From Rhizaria sp. SCN 62-66 (taxonomy: Eukaryota), in contig MEDY01000070.1 in assembly GCA_001724265.1 (NCBI GenBank), positions 62,001 to 94,450 of the forward strand: a stretch of 32,450 nucleotides of DNA. The letters are read 5' to 3'. Shown here one piece after another: positions 1 to 11,478 of this stretch. Position 1 is the stretch's first letter; every line of letters begins with the position of its first letter. Both the position numbers and the translations under genes were made by a program. Below the pieces are notes generated by a model, which was not told where the DNA came from, did no database searches, and saw only the letters and a list, made by a program, of their open reading frames with translations.

Positions 1-1
1 G

Positions 2-1330
2 GACTTGATCGCGCCGCTTATCGCGCCTGCCCCCGCGCACACAGCTGATTCGCCAGCTGCCGCGTCTCCGGCTAGTTCCGCTGCTGACAGCACGCCCGGC
101 GCGTTGGCGATGGCGGCCTCGCTGCTGCCCGCGCCCGCGCTGCCGCTGGCCGCCGAGCCCGCGCGCGTAGCGGCTCTGGCGCGCACGGCAGCCTCTCTAA
201 CGCGCGCGCTGCGGCTGCACGACCTGGCGCACTGGGGGCCCGCGCTGGCGGCTTTCGCCCTGCTTGCGCGCCGCTGCGTCCGCTGCCTTAGCGTGGACGA
301 CAGTGACAACGAGCGCGGCTGTGAGCACTGCGCCGCGAGCGAGAGCGACGACTGGGATGTTGAGATGCCAGGCGTTGCCATTTTCTCCGTTCTGCTGGCG
401 CGTGCTGCGTCCGCCGCTGGCGCCGTCGTGACGCGTCTGAGCGCTTCCTTCAATCCGCCTGCAGCAGCTGCTGCTGAGGGCTTGGTGCTGCCGTTGCCGG
501 CGCTGCTCCCGCTTCTGTCGCTTGCGCTTGGCGACTGCGCAGCGGCTCTGGTGCTGGTCGAGCGGCTGCACGGCGTGCCCGCGGCCGCCGCCGCCGCCGA
601 TGCGCTCTCGGCCGTGGTGGCGCGCGTGCGGCTGCAGACTGTGTTCGCAGTGACAAAGACGCGCCCGACGTTCGTGCCCGCGACCCCGCCCGCGCTGCTG
701 CCCGCGCCAGTGCCCGCGACGACGGTGGCGTGGCGCCCGCCGCCGACCGCCGCCGCTGTGGGCGCGCTTACCTCGCCGCCGGGCTTTGCCTTTGGACTAC
801 CCGGTGCGTCAAGTCTTGGTAACGGCCTCAGTCGCATCGCCAGCTCCAACCCCGCTTCGGGGCTGGGCTTTGGCTTTGACAACAGTAGTAGCAGCTCCCC
901 CGCTACCACACAGAACACGACGAGTGTTAACGCGCACGCCGTGAGCGCGTGGGTGCGACACTGGGAGGCTCGACTGATCAAGGCTTCCGCACACCCCGAC
1001 TCGCCGCTTGTCCCCTCAACGGCTGCCGGTGCAACCACGCAGTCTGCGTCGCACGGACAGAGCGCTGCGCAGGGCGTGCTCGACGTGCGGTCCCGCTCTG
1101 GTGCGGCGCTGCTGAACGCGTTCGCGCGCCGGTGCGGCGGCGCAGGGTTCGTGAGCTACTGCGCGGGCGTGCTGTCACTGCACCGCGGGATCGGCCGCTA
1201 CGCCAGACTACTCGGTGCCAAGATGGCGGAGCTGCTGGCGGGTACTGCCGAAGATCCTGCGCCGTGGCCTGCGCTTGCGGCCGATGCCGAAGCCAGGATA
1301 ATCTCTGCCTTATTTGCTGCTAAGTATTAA
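2..1330 (+). CDS. Hypothetical Ala/Pro-rich protein, C-terminal part (5' end outside window)
   Basis: Open frame from the window edge to TAA at 1328-1330. GC-rich coding-like composition drops abruptly to AT-rich after the stop. No family recognised. Confidence 0.75.
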   Translation, partial: DLIAPLIAPAPAHTADSPAAASPASSAADSTPGALAMAASLLPAPALPLAAEPARVAALARTAASLTRALRLHDLAHWGPALAAFALLARRCVRCLSVDDSDNERGCEHCAASESDDWDVEMPGVAIFSVLLARAASAAGAVVTRLSASFNPPAAAAAEGLVLPLPALLPLLSLALGDCAAALVLVERLHGVPAAAAAADALSAVVARVRLQTVFAVTKTRPTFVPATPPALLPAPVPATTVAWRPPPTAAAVGALTSPPGFAFGLPGASSLGNGLSRIASSNPASGLGFGFDNSSSSSPATTQNTTSVNAHAVSAWVRHWEARLIKASAHPDSPLVPSTAAGATTQSASHGQSAAQGVLDVRSRSGAALLNAFARRCGGAGFVSYCAGVLSLHRGIGRYARLLGAKMAELLAGTAEDPAPWPALAADAEARIISALFAAKY

Positions 1331-1513
1331 CGTTGATGCTCATGCCATCCCTAGATAGTCTTGTTGTTTAATTCAATCGATATGTATTCATGGCTAAATA
1401 GATAAACTTATCCTCACTAGTGTAAAAATTATGTGCAAAATACACATGCTTATTTGCTACAATGTACGTGGAACAATGCAAGTGGATATCACTGCTCAGT
1501 ACGAAACTATAAT

Positions 1514-4500
1514 TTACTTCTTGTTCCCTTTCGTAGCATTCTTGTTCTCATCGCTGTCATAAGTGTTGCGGTTCGTAGGTGAAACATAGCGGAGTCCCAG
1601 TGCCACAAACACGTCCCGCTCCTCACGCACAAACACAGCTTTCCCCTTGGACACGGCGACACGTTTCTCGCGGTGCGCGGGTCGCAGCGCCGAATCAGAC
1701 AGCGACCAGCCCTTGAGGTGCGCAAGGTGGCGCATGGAACGGTTGAAGTAGTCCGAGCCCGTGAAATACAGCAGCGCGCACGGGAAGTGCGGCGCAGCGT
1801 AGAACTTGAGATCCAGTCGTCGGTTCACGCCTGACGCCTGCGGGTGCCACGGTGGCAACCGGCAGAAACCCATCCAAGTCGTGTCCTTACTGTCATCGGC
1901 GTCACTGGGCAGCATCCACAGCGGCGGCAGCTCCTCGGCGGCGCTCTTGTCGCCGGCAGCGCTCGAGTTGCTGGGGCTGAATCCAAACCGCGGGCTGTTG
2001 CCGGAAAGCGACTGCGACAGTGAAAATGAACGTGTCAGACGTTCGGCTTCGGCGCTCTCGGTCGCGCCTGCCCACATCGCCGCAGTATCTTCGCGGCTGC
2101 AGTTGTGTTTCTCCTTCTGCTCTCCCTTTGTCGAAGCGGTGGTAGCAGCAGCTCTGTTGGCCGCAATGAGCGCCCGCGCGCGCGCAACAGCGGCGGCAGT
2201 GCACGTTCGATGTGGGTCCGGAAAAGCGCCTTGTAGCGCTGCAGTAACCCACGGCATCGCCTCGATCCATTCACCGGCACTCCCATCTACATTGCGCTGA
2301 GCGATGGCTGATGCAGACTCTGCTACAGCAAGAATGCCATTACACTGTGCGCACCTGCCAGCGTCATCGTCACCGGTAGCCGCAGCGGTAGTCGCAGCGG
2401 CCAGAGCAGCAGGGCGGCGCGGCAGCGAGTTCGCAGACACAGCGTCCCCAAATGGCGAACTTGGAGTCAGCTTCACATCGGGCGCAATGGCAGTGAGCGC
2501 GTCGGGCCACTGTGCGCGCGCGTCATACGCCAACGCTGCGGCGATATCAGCAGCGCATGCTACAGAGGAGTTTGCATATGCAGGGGCATTGTCACTGCCT
2601 TTACGCTCAAAGTGCAGCGATACACCCTTACCTGCCGCCCAGCGTGCCCCCACCTGCGCTTTGCGCTCTGCAGTCGCGGCGGCAGCAGCAGCCGCAGCGG
2701 CAGCACCATTCGGATTGTTCTGGCAGCGGCAGCGACGACAGTCTGGCGCGGGCGGTGTGTTGGTGGCCTGTAGCAGCCAGAGTGTGGCTGTAAGGCAGCG
2801 CGCGCGCTTCGCCTCACCCTCAGGGCCGTCACCCCAGTCTGGCGACGTGACGAGCACGTCACAGTCGCCCGAGCTTTGCTTGCCACGACGGTAAGACCCG
2901 CAGCAAACGACGACGGCGCGCGGACACAGTGCGCGCACGCACTGGCGCACGCGCTCGACAATAGCCGCAACCTCTGCGCGCGGGATGCGCAACACTTTGT
3001 CGTCAGCCATCGCCAGGCCAACCGTCTGCGACGGCGCAAGCAGCTGGCTCGGCCGCGGGAAGTGCTGCATGTCCAGCGACAGCGGCGGCGCGTGCAGAAC
3101 GTAGTCAACTTCGACGTTGTAAAAACGCACGCCCCGATCAACCTTGACGTCGGGGTCCTTTGCTGCTACAGACGCCATGGCGGCCAGCGTGGTGACCGCA
3201 GCCGCGTTTGCTTGAGCGACGGCTGCTGCGGCCACGGAGGACACAGGGGAGACTGTAAGAGGAAGAAACTCGGCCACAGCAGGCGAAAAAGGAGTTAGTC
3301 CAACATTGCGACGTTCCTTAGTCACTGTGTTCCGCGTCGGGGCACCGAAGTCAGTAATCTCCAGATCACTGCCACTGTCGTCGCGAGCCACATAACCGCG
3401 TCGGACAGGCTGCACCATTTGGGTATTAGGAGCAGCAAAATTGCGCTTTAGTCCGCGGCTAGCTGTGTTCGCATCAGAAGCCTCAACAGCAGCAGCAGTA
3501 GTCGTACCGTCGTTGACAGCCATGACGCCGCTGGCACGGACCTTTGCCCACCGCGCGAGTGCGAACGGCGCGTGCCAGTCGAGCAGACGCGCGTAGGCCT
3601 CGTACTGTGCGTGCGTCACCATGCCGACGCCGACGACCACGCCGCTGCCCACGGTCACTCTGCTGCTCTCCGCAGCAGCAGAAGCGTCGCCGTGGATGAA
3701 TGAGATCACGTCGCGTCGACTGCCTTTAAGTCCAGGCAAGAGATCCCCCGCCACCGCAGACCGCATTGCGGCAGCGTTCGCCGCGGCTTTCAAACTGGCC
3801 CGATCACCACTGCCCTCGATAGGAATATTCCCACGCCCGTGCTGCTTCTTGACCTTGGCATCGGACTCGTGCTTGCCGCCGGATTGCCAGGCCGGCGGCT
3901 TCTGCCGGCCGCGGTTGAGACCGGCCTCGGACTCAGTCTTGCCCGCCTCCCCCAAGCGTACGCACTCGCGCTGGCTGCGCGAAACAGCGAGGCGAAGCTT
4001 GGCGATCGTGTCCAGACCGGCCGCGACAAGCCGGCTCGCGGTGGCCGGCCCCACGCCATGCACGCCGGCGTCGAGCTCCTTCATCGCGTTCCGGTGCGGG
4101 TCCGCCTCGCGCGCCGCCGCTTTGGAGCTGAAGCCCTTAACTAGGATCTCCTTGAGAGTCGACGCAATGCTGGGCCCAAACCCAGACACGCGCGCTCGCA
4201 GCGCGTCAATCGCGGCTTCAGAATCGATGGGGAAAAGCATCCGACGCAGCTTACGGGCGGCGTTCTGGTAGTTACGCGCGCGGTACTGGTTCGCTGGGTC
4301 AGAACGGTCTGAAGCAGCTATCGCGTGCAACAGCTCGAGCACCTCGCGCATCCTCTTGCTTAAGTCCGGAGCGCTCTCTTGCGTCCTAGGGGGAAACCAG
4401 TCCTGCTCGTTAGTCGGATACTGTATCACTGCGTTGTTGTTGTCCTTGTTGTTGTTGTTGCTGTTGTTGCTGCTGGTGGTGGTGTTGTTTTTGTCCTCAC

Positions 4501-6658
4501 TGTCAGCGTTAGGATCTGGTTCATCGACAAAGATCTCATCACCCTCGCCTCCGACGCGAGCATCGTCTCCGTCGTGAGCAGCTGCCGCGGCTCCATTGCC
4601 AGTCAGACTGTTGCTCTCGCTCTCCTGCCCAAACCCGTGCATGCTCATGTCATGTTCACCCAGTCGCTGGGGAAAAGTGACAGTCTCGTTCATGGCCTGC
4701 GTTGACGTCACAGGCATCAGCGGCGCAGCGTACGAGTATCCCATCGGACACCAAGGCCGGCTGACTCCGTCACTCCCCACGGCGCATTTGCGGCTATAGT
4801 GGGGGATTTCAGCGCCGACCTGGCACGCAAGCACCGTCACGAAACGCCGCTCCTGCGCGGCACGTTTGCGCCGGTCGTGCTCACGGTCGCTCACGCGTTC
4901 CGCAAAGGCGCCGGTTTGCGGCGGTAGAGTACTGCTCGCGGTGGGGGCCGCGCGCACGCGTTCAGCGGGTTCGGCGCTGCTGCCGCCAGTGGTCCTGAAC
5001 TTGCTGTTAAGGTAGTACTCGTCGTTGTCTGGCGGGCTGCGCGAGGACATGTCAACGCACGTGCCGAGGGGCAAGTGCAGCAGCGGGTTGAAGAGCAACA
5101 TCGGCAGCACGAATGCCGCGGCCTCCGCCTCACCGACCGCGGTTGCAGCCTCACCGTCGTCATCCCATTTCCAGACGTTGCAGTAATTGTCATCAGCGTC
5201 GGCGTCAACGGCAACCGCAACTGCAGCGTTCTCACGGGCGCCATCCTTGCAGTCCGCCAGCTTGATCTTCGCGGTGGACGTGACGAGAGGTGCTGGACGC
5301 CTCGGAAGAGGACTCAACGCAGACCCAGCCCTCGAGAGCGGCTCCAGCGCAGGCGGCATCAACTCCGAGTCCTCCCGTTGCAGATTCTCAGCGCGATCGT
5401 CAAAGGCGCAGTCCAGGTGCTGAAACTGCAGCGGCTGTTGTTGACCGTAAGATCGAGCCTCGTGCGCGGAGAGATTCGCAGAGCGCTGTGGCTGCGGTAA
5501 TTGCGGCTAGCAGAGCTGTGACTGCGGCAGTGCCGACTGCGAAAGCCCGTGCGACAGCGACATCGTGTCCGCGTCAAACGACGACGGCAGCGGCTCCGGC
5601 TCCGTCTCGCCAGCGCGACCGCTGGCGGCGCTCGCACCGCTGTCCGTGTCCCCATCGCGCATGACCGCGTTTCTGTCATTCATACGCTCATTCACAGTTG
5701 CGCGTGCGTCGCTAGCGCCAGAGTCCGAGTCCGAGCCGTTAAACATACCGTCGAGGTTGTCGTCGTGAGAGTGGTTTGTCGCAGTTGCGCCCACGGTCGT
5801 CGCAGCGGATACCGCCGGCGTCTTTGCTGTTGCACTGGATGTTTGCGGTTGTGTAGCCGCCACAGGCTCCGTCTTAACGCGCCTCTCTGCAGCCACCGTC
5901 GGCAGCACAGTTGCGGGAACAGGCGGCCGCACTGGCAAAGATCCTGAAGGCGTCTGCTCAAGTGCTGATTGCGGGCCACTGCTGCTGCTGCTGCTACTGC
6001 CGCTGGGGCTGTGGCTGGGACTACTAGCAGCGCCCGTGCGAGAACCGCTGGAGTTTACCACAGCGGCCCCATCGCCGTGCCCATCGCCGCGCCGCGGGAT
6101 GCACGCGTTCGCGACCTCGCGCGAGATTAGCACGGGCACGTTGACCGTCACCCACTGAGTGCGATCCGTGCCGTCCCGACTCGTCTTGGCGGCAGGGACG
6201 GCTGCGCCGGCGGCGAGGAGCCTCTGCGCCTCCGCGAGGTTGCAGATGCGTGCGGCGTGCGTGATCTCGAGCGAGCGCGCCTCCGCGGCCGCGATGACGA
6301 AGTCAGGCGTCAGGTAGCGGCAGTGTTGCACGCTGCGGGCACGCCAGAGCTTCAGCTTGCTTTCGATCGCCTGCGCGGCTGCGATGTCCTTCGCGGGCTT
6401 GTGCGCAGCCTCCAGCGCTGCGTGCGTGTGGTCGGGGGAGAAGACGACGTGTGTGACAGTGTTGCTCATAATCTTGGCGACTCTGCCGCCGCCGCGAGTG
6501 ATCTTCTACCTCAACCCCTCCGCCTTCCTCTCAGGCAGGCCCAGTGACTCCACTATAAGAAACTCACAGCCCGCAAACACCTCGCCAGCGGACACCCTAG
6601 GCGGGAAGCCCGGGGCCGGAGCTGCGTTTGGAGACGGTTGCGTCTGGGACGGCTGCAT
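1514..6658 (-). CDS. Family X DNA polymerase, Pol lambda-like (BRCT + 8-kDa/HhH + fingers + palm + thumb), about 1714 aa when two in-frame TAGs are read as sense
   Basis: Track ORFs 6506-6736, 5507-6469 and 1514-5362 share one frame, separated only by TAG at 6506-6508 and 5507-5509. First ATG at 6658. BRCT: VFAGCEFLIV...LR*KITRGGGRVAKIMSNTVTHVVF. HhH motifs SGFGPSIA and VHGVGPATA. Catalytic motifs GSYRRGKQSSGDCDVLVT and RRLDLK. ALLYFTGSDYFNRSMR. Thumb EERDVFVALGLRYVSPTNR. Ends in TAA. Confidence 0.92.
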
Positions 6659-7067
6659 TGTGCCCAACGTGTGGTGGGTCAAGCAAGCTCTTAAGAGTGG
6701 AGGCAACGCTATAAAACGGAGGAGAAAATCCGGCAAAACGAAAGTTTCAGAATGTTATATTTTGATAAAATGATTAAGCTAATGTTTAATATACAATATC
6801 TGGCGTATGACTTATTTAACGATTGGTTAAACGCAGATTTGATGGAATCGTTATCAATGGTTGCTGTGTCAAAGGCGGGCAGCGGGGCACCGAGACGAAA
6901 CGCCAGCGCGCCTGCCATATTTTGCTTCGAAATCTCGCAACCAAGTGACCGTTGGGACACATGCCAGTTTATGTCTTCACTTTTTCTGATATGATTTTTA
7001 TTATATTTTGATTGTACTTTACAGACCTACGAAGAACTTCCGCAACACCTCCAGTCGTAAACATACG

Positions 7068-10000
7068 ATGAGCAGCGGTCTGCCTGCGGGGATGCTCCAC
7101 TCCCAGACGCGCGCCGAAGCACGTTCCCCGGCTGTTCCCGCCTCAACACTGCGCGTGGCAGCTCCCGAACCCTACGTTGAGCTGCGCCCGCGCTCCGCGT
7201 CGCGCCCGCGCCTCGGCCGGGCCTCTATCCAGACGACCCACGTCGAGCGCCAGCGTTGGGACGGCCGCTGGCATGGCACCGCCACCGCCGCCGTCGTCGG
7301 CCCCTCGGCGGCTCCCACCCCGGCGCCCGACGCCGCCGCGCTTGCCGCAGCCGCCGGCCTGACCACCACCGAGGCGGCGCGCGCTCGCAGCTTGATCGCG
7401 GACCTCGCTCGCGGCGTCAACACCCACAGCGGCTACAGCGCTGCACAGGCTTCAAGTGCCCACGCTGATGCTCCGGGCCCTGCTGCTGCTGCCTGTTCTG
7501 CCGCCAACGCGTCTGCGCGCGCGCTGCACAACGACGTTAATACGATCCTTGCGCGCGGCCTGCCCTCCTCGCTGCCACTGCCGTCCTCAGCCGCAAACGC
7601 TACTGTGATCACTCCAGCTAACTCAAGCTCTAGCTCTAGCTCTAGCTCAGGCTCCGGCGGTCCCGCGCACTCGTGCGGTCTGCCCGGCGACGTCACGGCG
7701 GCCACCACGGCGCTGGCGCGCGCACCGCTGGCGCACCGCGTCCTTGCGCTAGACCGGCCAGACGCGCTGGTGGCCTCCGTACTGACTGGGCCTGCGGTCA
7801 CAGTCACCGTCGCCCCCTTGCCAGCTTCGTTCCCCCGCCCTCCGTCCGACTCACATGCACAGTCTGCTGCTGCTGCGGCGGCGGCGCCCGCTGTGCCGGT
7901 GCAGTCGCAGCTGGCACAGGCGGCGAGCCACGCGGAGCTGCTGCAGGGGCTCACGTCGTCACTCCGCGCAATCGCTCTCGCCCGCCGCGCTAACAACAAC
8001 ATCAACAATCATAACAACGACAGCTCTGCGGCGCCTGCGATGGCCCCCGCCGCGCCCGCGTCGCGCGCCGCTGTGGCCGCCGCTGCGGCCGAGGAAGAGG
8101 CTATCCAGGCCGTGTTGACCGCCGCCGCCGAGGGCTGTGACTCAGAGTCCGAGGCCGCAATTCTCGCCGCCGCCCCTCGCTCTGCCGTCACTGAGATTGC
8201 GGCTGCGGGGGCGCGCCCGCTCACCGCCGCTGTCGCGCGTCTCAATTCCCTGCTCTCCGCCGCCGCAGATGTTCACACAGGCACCGGCCGGTCCGGCTCG
8301 AATCGAGCTGCGGGGGACGACTTGAACGAGCGCGGGGCTGCGGCCGCGATCCTGGCCGAGGCGCTCCGCGCGCGCGGCTTGGCTTCCGAGTCTAGCGACC
8401 TAATTTCCTCCCCTGCAGGCGTGGCGGCCGAGGCGCGGTCCCGCGCGGCCGCTGTTTCTGAGGCCGCGATCAGGGCCATGCGCAAAGCCGTCGCCACCGC
8501 CGCGGCCGCCGCCGCCGCAGATAGCAGCTTCAACACTAGCTACAACACCAGCTACGACACCAGCTACAACGCCGAGTACAACGGCGAGGATGGCCCGGAC
8601 TATGACTCAGCCTCTAACGCCGCCGCCGTTGTCACTGGCACCGGCGGTAGCACCTGCGGTGGCGGTGCGCGACGGCCGCTGCGGGAGCGGCTGCTGGCGC
8701 TGGTCGCCGCGCAGCAGCAGCGGCAGGCTGCGCGCGAGGCTGAGGACGACGCAGCGCGCGCGGAGCAGCGGGAGCGCGACTGGCGCGCGCGAGAGGCCGC
8801 CCACGCCCGCGCCGGCCGGTACGAGCCCTTCCTCGGCGCGTACCCGCACAACTTCAACAACAGCAACAACGACAACAATGGTAACAACATGAATGCTGTC
8901 AATAGCGGTGGTGCTATAGGCCCTATCGACATTGCGGGCGCGTTTGGCGCACCCCAACCGCAGCAGCAGCAGCAGCAGTTCTCACAGCAGGCACAGGCGC
9001 AGGGACGATGCCGGAGCCAGAGCCAGGGCCAGGGGCGGCAAGTGGGTCTGGCGCTGCCGCAGGGCCTGCCCGACGCCGCGGCCGCCTTCAACACCGGTTT
9101 GCGCGCATATCTCTCCGCTCTGGGCCTCGGCGCCGGCGGCTTTGGCGAGCTTCAGCCCTACGAAGTGCCCTTCGCAGCCCACGGTCACCGCCGCGCCCGC
9201 GGCGCTTACGTCCAGTCAAATGCTAGCGGCAGCCAGGGCCAAGGACAAGACGAGGGCGAGGGCTACGACGACGAGGACGGAGTTTCGCAGCCCTACACAC
9301 AGCCGCAGTATCAGTCTCAGTCCCACTACGCTCAGTCGCAGTTACAGCCGCATCCGCAACAGCAGCCGCTGTCGAAGGCGGACGAGATGCGCGCATTGCT
9401 ACAGCGCACCCGCGAACGATACGGACCCGCTGCGCCCGCACCCACTGCAACTTCTGCCGCGAACGCTAGTTGCAGTAGCAGCTCTTTGCGTCCCGCTTCG
9501 GCCCCCTCTTGCTCTGCACCTGCGGCTGCCTCTGAACAAGCGGCCGCGACCGCGGCTGGGGCTGCGAGCGCCGCCCCTGCCCAGCGTTTCGCGGCCCCCA
9601 CGGACGCCGTCGTCAAGTCCGCCGCTTCGCTCGCTGCTTTTGCGCGGCGCGCGGCCCGCCAGCGCACCGAGTCAGCCGCGTCCGCCGCCACACTTGCGGC
9701 CGACACACAGCAGCGCCGCGCCGCGCGCACGCAGCGCCGCCGCGCACTGGCCCGCGCGGCCGCCGACGTCTCCGGGCTCGACGCCGCCGCTCTGGCCTCA
9801 GAGAGCGAAGACGGTGCCGGCGCAGGCTCTGGGGCAGGGGACAGAAGGGAAGTCGACGTGGACGTGCCGATGTGGGTGTTGCAGCAGGCGCAGCAGCGGC
9901 AGGCGGCGCGGACGGAGCGTGAGCGCCGCGAGGAAGCTGCCGCCGAGGCGCAGGCGCAGGTCACCGCGCTGCAGCAGCGCCAGACGCAGGCGCGCGTGTA

Positions 10001-11168
10001 CGAGACGCTCAGGAGGAAGCACCAAGAGGTACGCAATCTTGTGCGAAACATTCAGATTATATTGGACAGATCTTCTTACTTATTTCTCCTTTTATCATTA
10101 TAATTTTAACTCAATTATTTTTATTTTATCTCTTTTTGTTTTGTTAATCGGGATCTATAGGCGCTGGCGTGCCGCAGTCTGGGCCTGTCGTCCCCCCCCG
10201 GCCACGGCGGCGCCCCCGTATCTGCCGCGCGCCCGCTCGCCGCGGCCCGCAAGCGCCGCGCCCAGCGCCGTCTGCTGACGTCCCTGCGCGACTCGGGCAC
10301 GGCGTGGCAACAGCAGCGGCGCGCGCTGCTGGCCGTGACGTCGGAAGACCCGCACGAGCGCGGGGACGATGACCCTGACACGCGGCAGCTCTTCGCGCGC
10401 CTCGCGGGGCTGCGCGCCAGGGAGGCGCCCCACGCGCGCGCCGCGCTGCTGCGGCGCGCGGAGCGGGAGGCGCGCGCCGCGGCCGTGGGCGGCGGCGGCA
10501 CGGAGCGGATCATGGACTGCGCACTGAGTGGTGAGATTGGCGCCACGCCGCTCTTCCACGCGCTCCACTCGCAAACTCGCGATTATCGCGATTGCGGCGG
10601 TCAATACAGTCCTCCCCGCGCCCCGGCCGCGCCCCAGCAGCAGCGGCAGCAACAACAGCGGCGGCCTGCGTCCGCGGGCGGCGGCGCGCGCAGCATCGCG
10701 ACGGCGACTGGCGAGGCGACCTCGCTCCCGATGCCCCTCAACAGCAGCAACGGCGGCGGCGGCAACGGCGGTCAGCAGGGCAGGTGGCGGGACAGCCACT
10801 CGCTGTTCGCGCCCGCGCCCGCGGGCCCGCCGTCGCGCCCGCCCGCGCGCGCGCTTACTCCGCAGCAGGCGCGCGCGCGGTCTGCGGCGGCGGCGCGCGC
10901 GGATGTGGCCGCTCAGCTCGCCCGCCCCAGCGCCGTCGCCACAAACGCGGTCAACACTGCAGTCAACGCAGCCAACTCTGCCCGCGCTGCTTCAGCGGCG
11001 AGGGGCGGCGTGGGGCAGCTAGCGGACGTGTTTCCGCACCGGGAGCGTGCGGTGGCGGCGCTGGCTAGGACAGCGGCGCCGCGGGGCAATGCGCAGGCGC
11101 GCGCGGTGGCTGATGCGCTCGTTGATGCCGGCAAGCCCGGCGCGCCGTCTTTCATTTACAGCCGGTAA
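7068..11168 (+). CDS. Hypothetical low-complexity Ala/Gln-rich protein with coiled-coil-like segments, 2 exons (7068-10028, 10161-11168), about 1322 aa
   Basis: ATG at 7068. Removing a phase-0 GT-AG AT-rich intron joins ...LRRKHQE to ALACRSL... in frame with track ORF 10335-11168. Ends in TAA followed by AT-rich sequence. Confidence 0.8.
8524..8582 (+). repeat. Degenerate 12-nt tandem repeat encoding SFNT-SYNT-SYDT-SYNA-EYN
   Basis: agcttcaacact agctacaacacc agctacgacacc agctacaacgcc gagtacaac, within the CDS. Confidence 0.85.
10029..10160 (+). other. Spliceosomal intron (132 nt, GT-AG, phase 0)
   Basis: GAG|GTACGC ... T-rich tract ... CTATAG|GCG. Strongly AT-rich island between GC-rich exons; its removal restores the frame. 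Confidence 0.88.
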
Positions 11169-11478
11169 ATACGATGTTACAGTAGAAATAGTTTGATTGT
11201 TACATTAATTCACGTGCGTATAATACATATTCATAATCTTTTTTCCCACTTGCTATAGCGATAAGTCGTCAGACTCAAAGAGATACTTGCCAAAAAACGT
11301 TTGTGGTGGCTTCGAGCACTCGAGAGCGTTGTGAGATCTTGACCCAAGGCGTTTTTGAAATGATCTGTGTACATTGTGTATTCGTAATCGCGTGCTCCAA
11401 TTCGATCTACGCGTATCAATATGATATTTCTAACATGACACCTTTTTACATTCTTTTAAACTTCAAATTTGTCCAGAT

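Noticed and set aside
6709-6719. CTATAAAACGG, also present on the minus strand at 19619-19629, as a shared TATA-like promoter motif
   Set aside because: A single 11-mer match among several kb of AT-rich spacer is expected by chance, and distances to the ATGs differ; needs TSS data.
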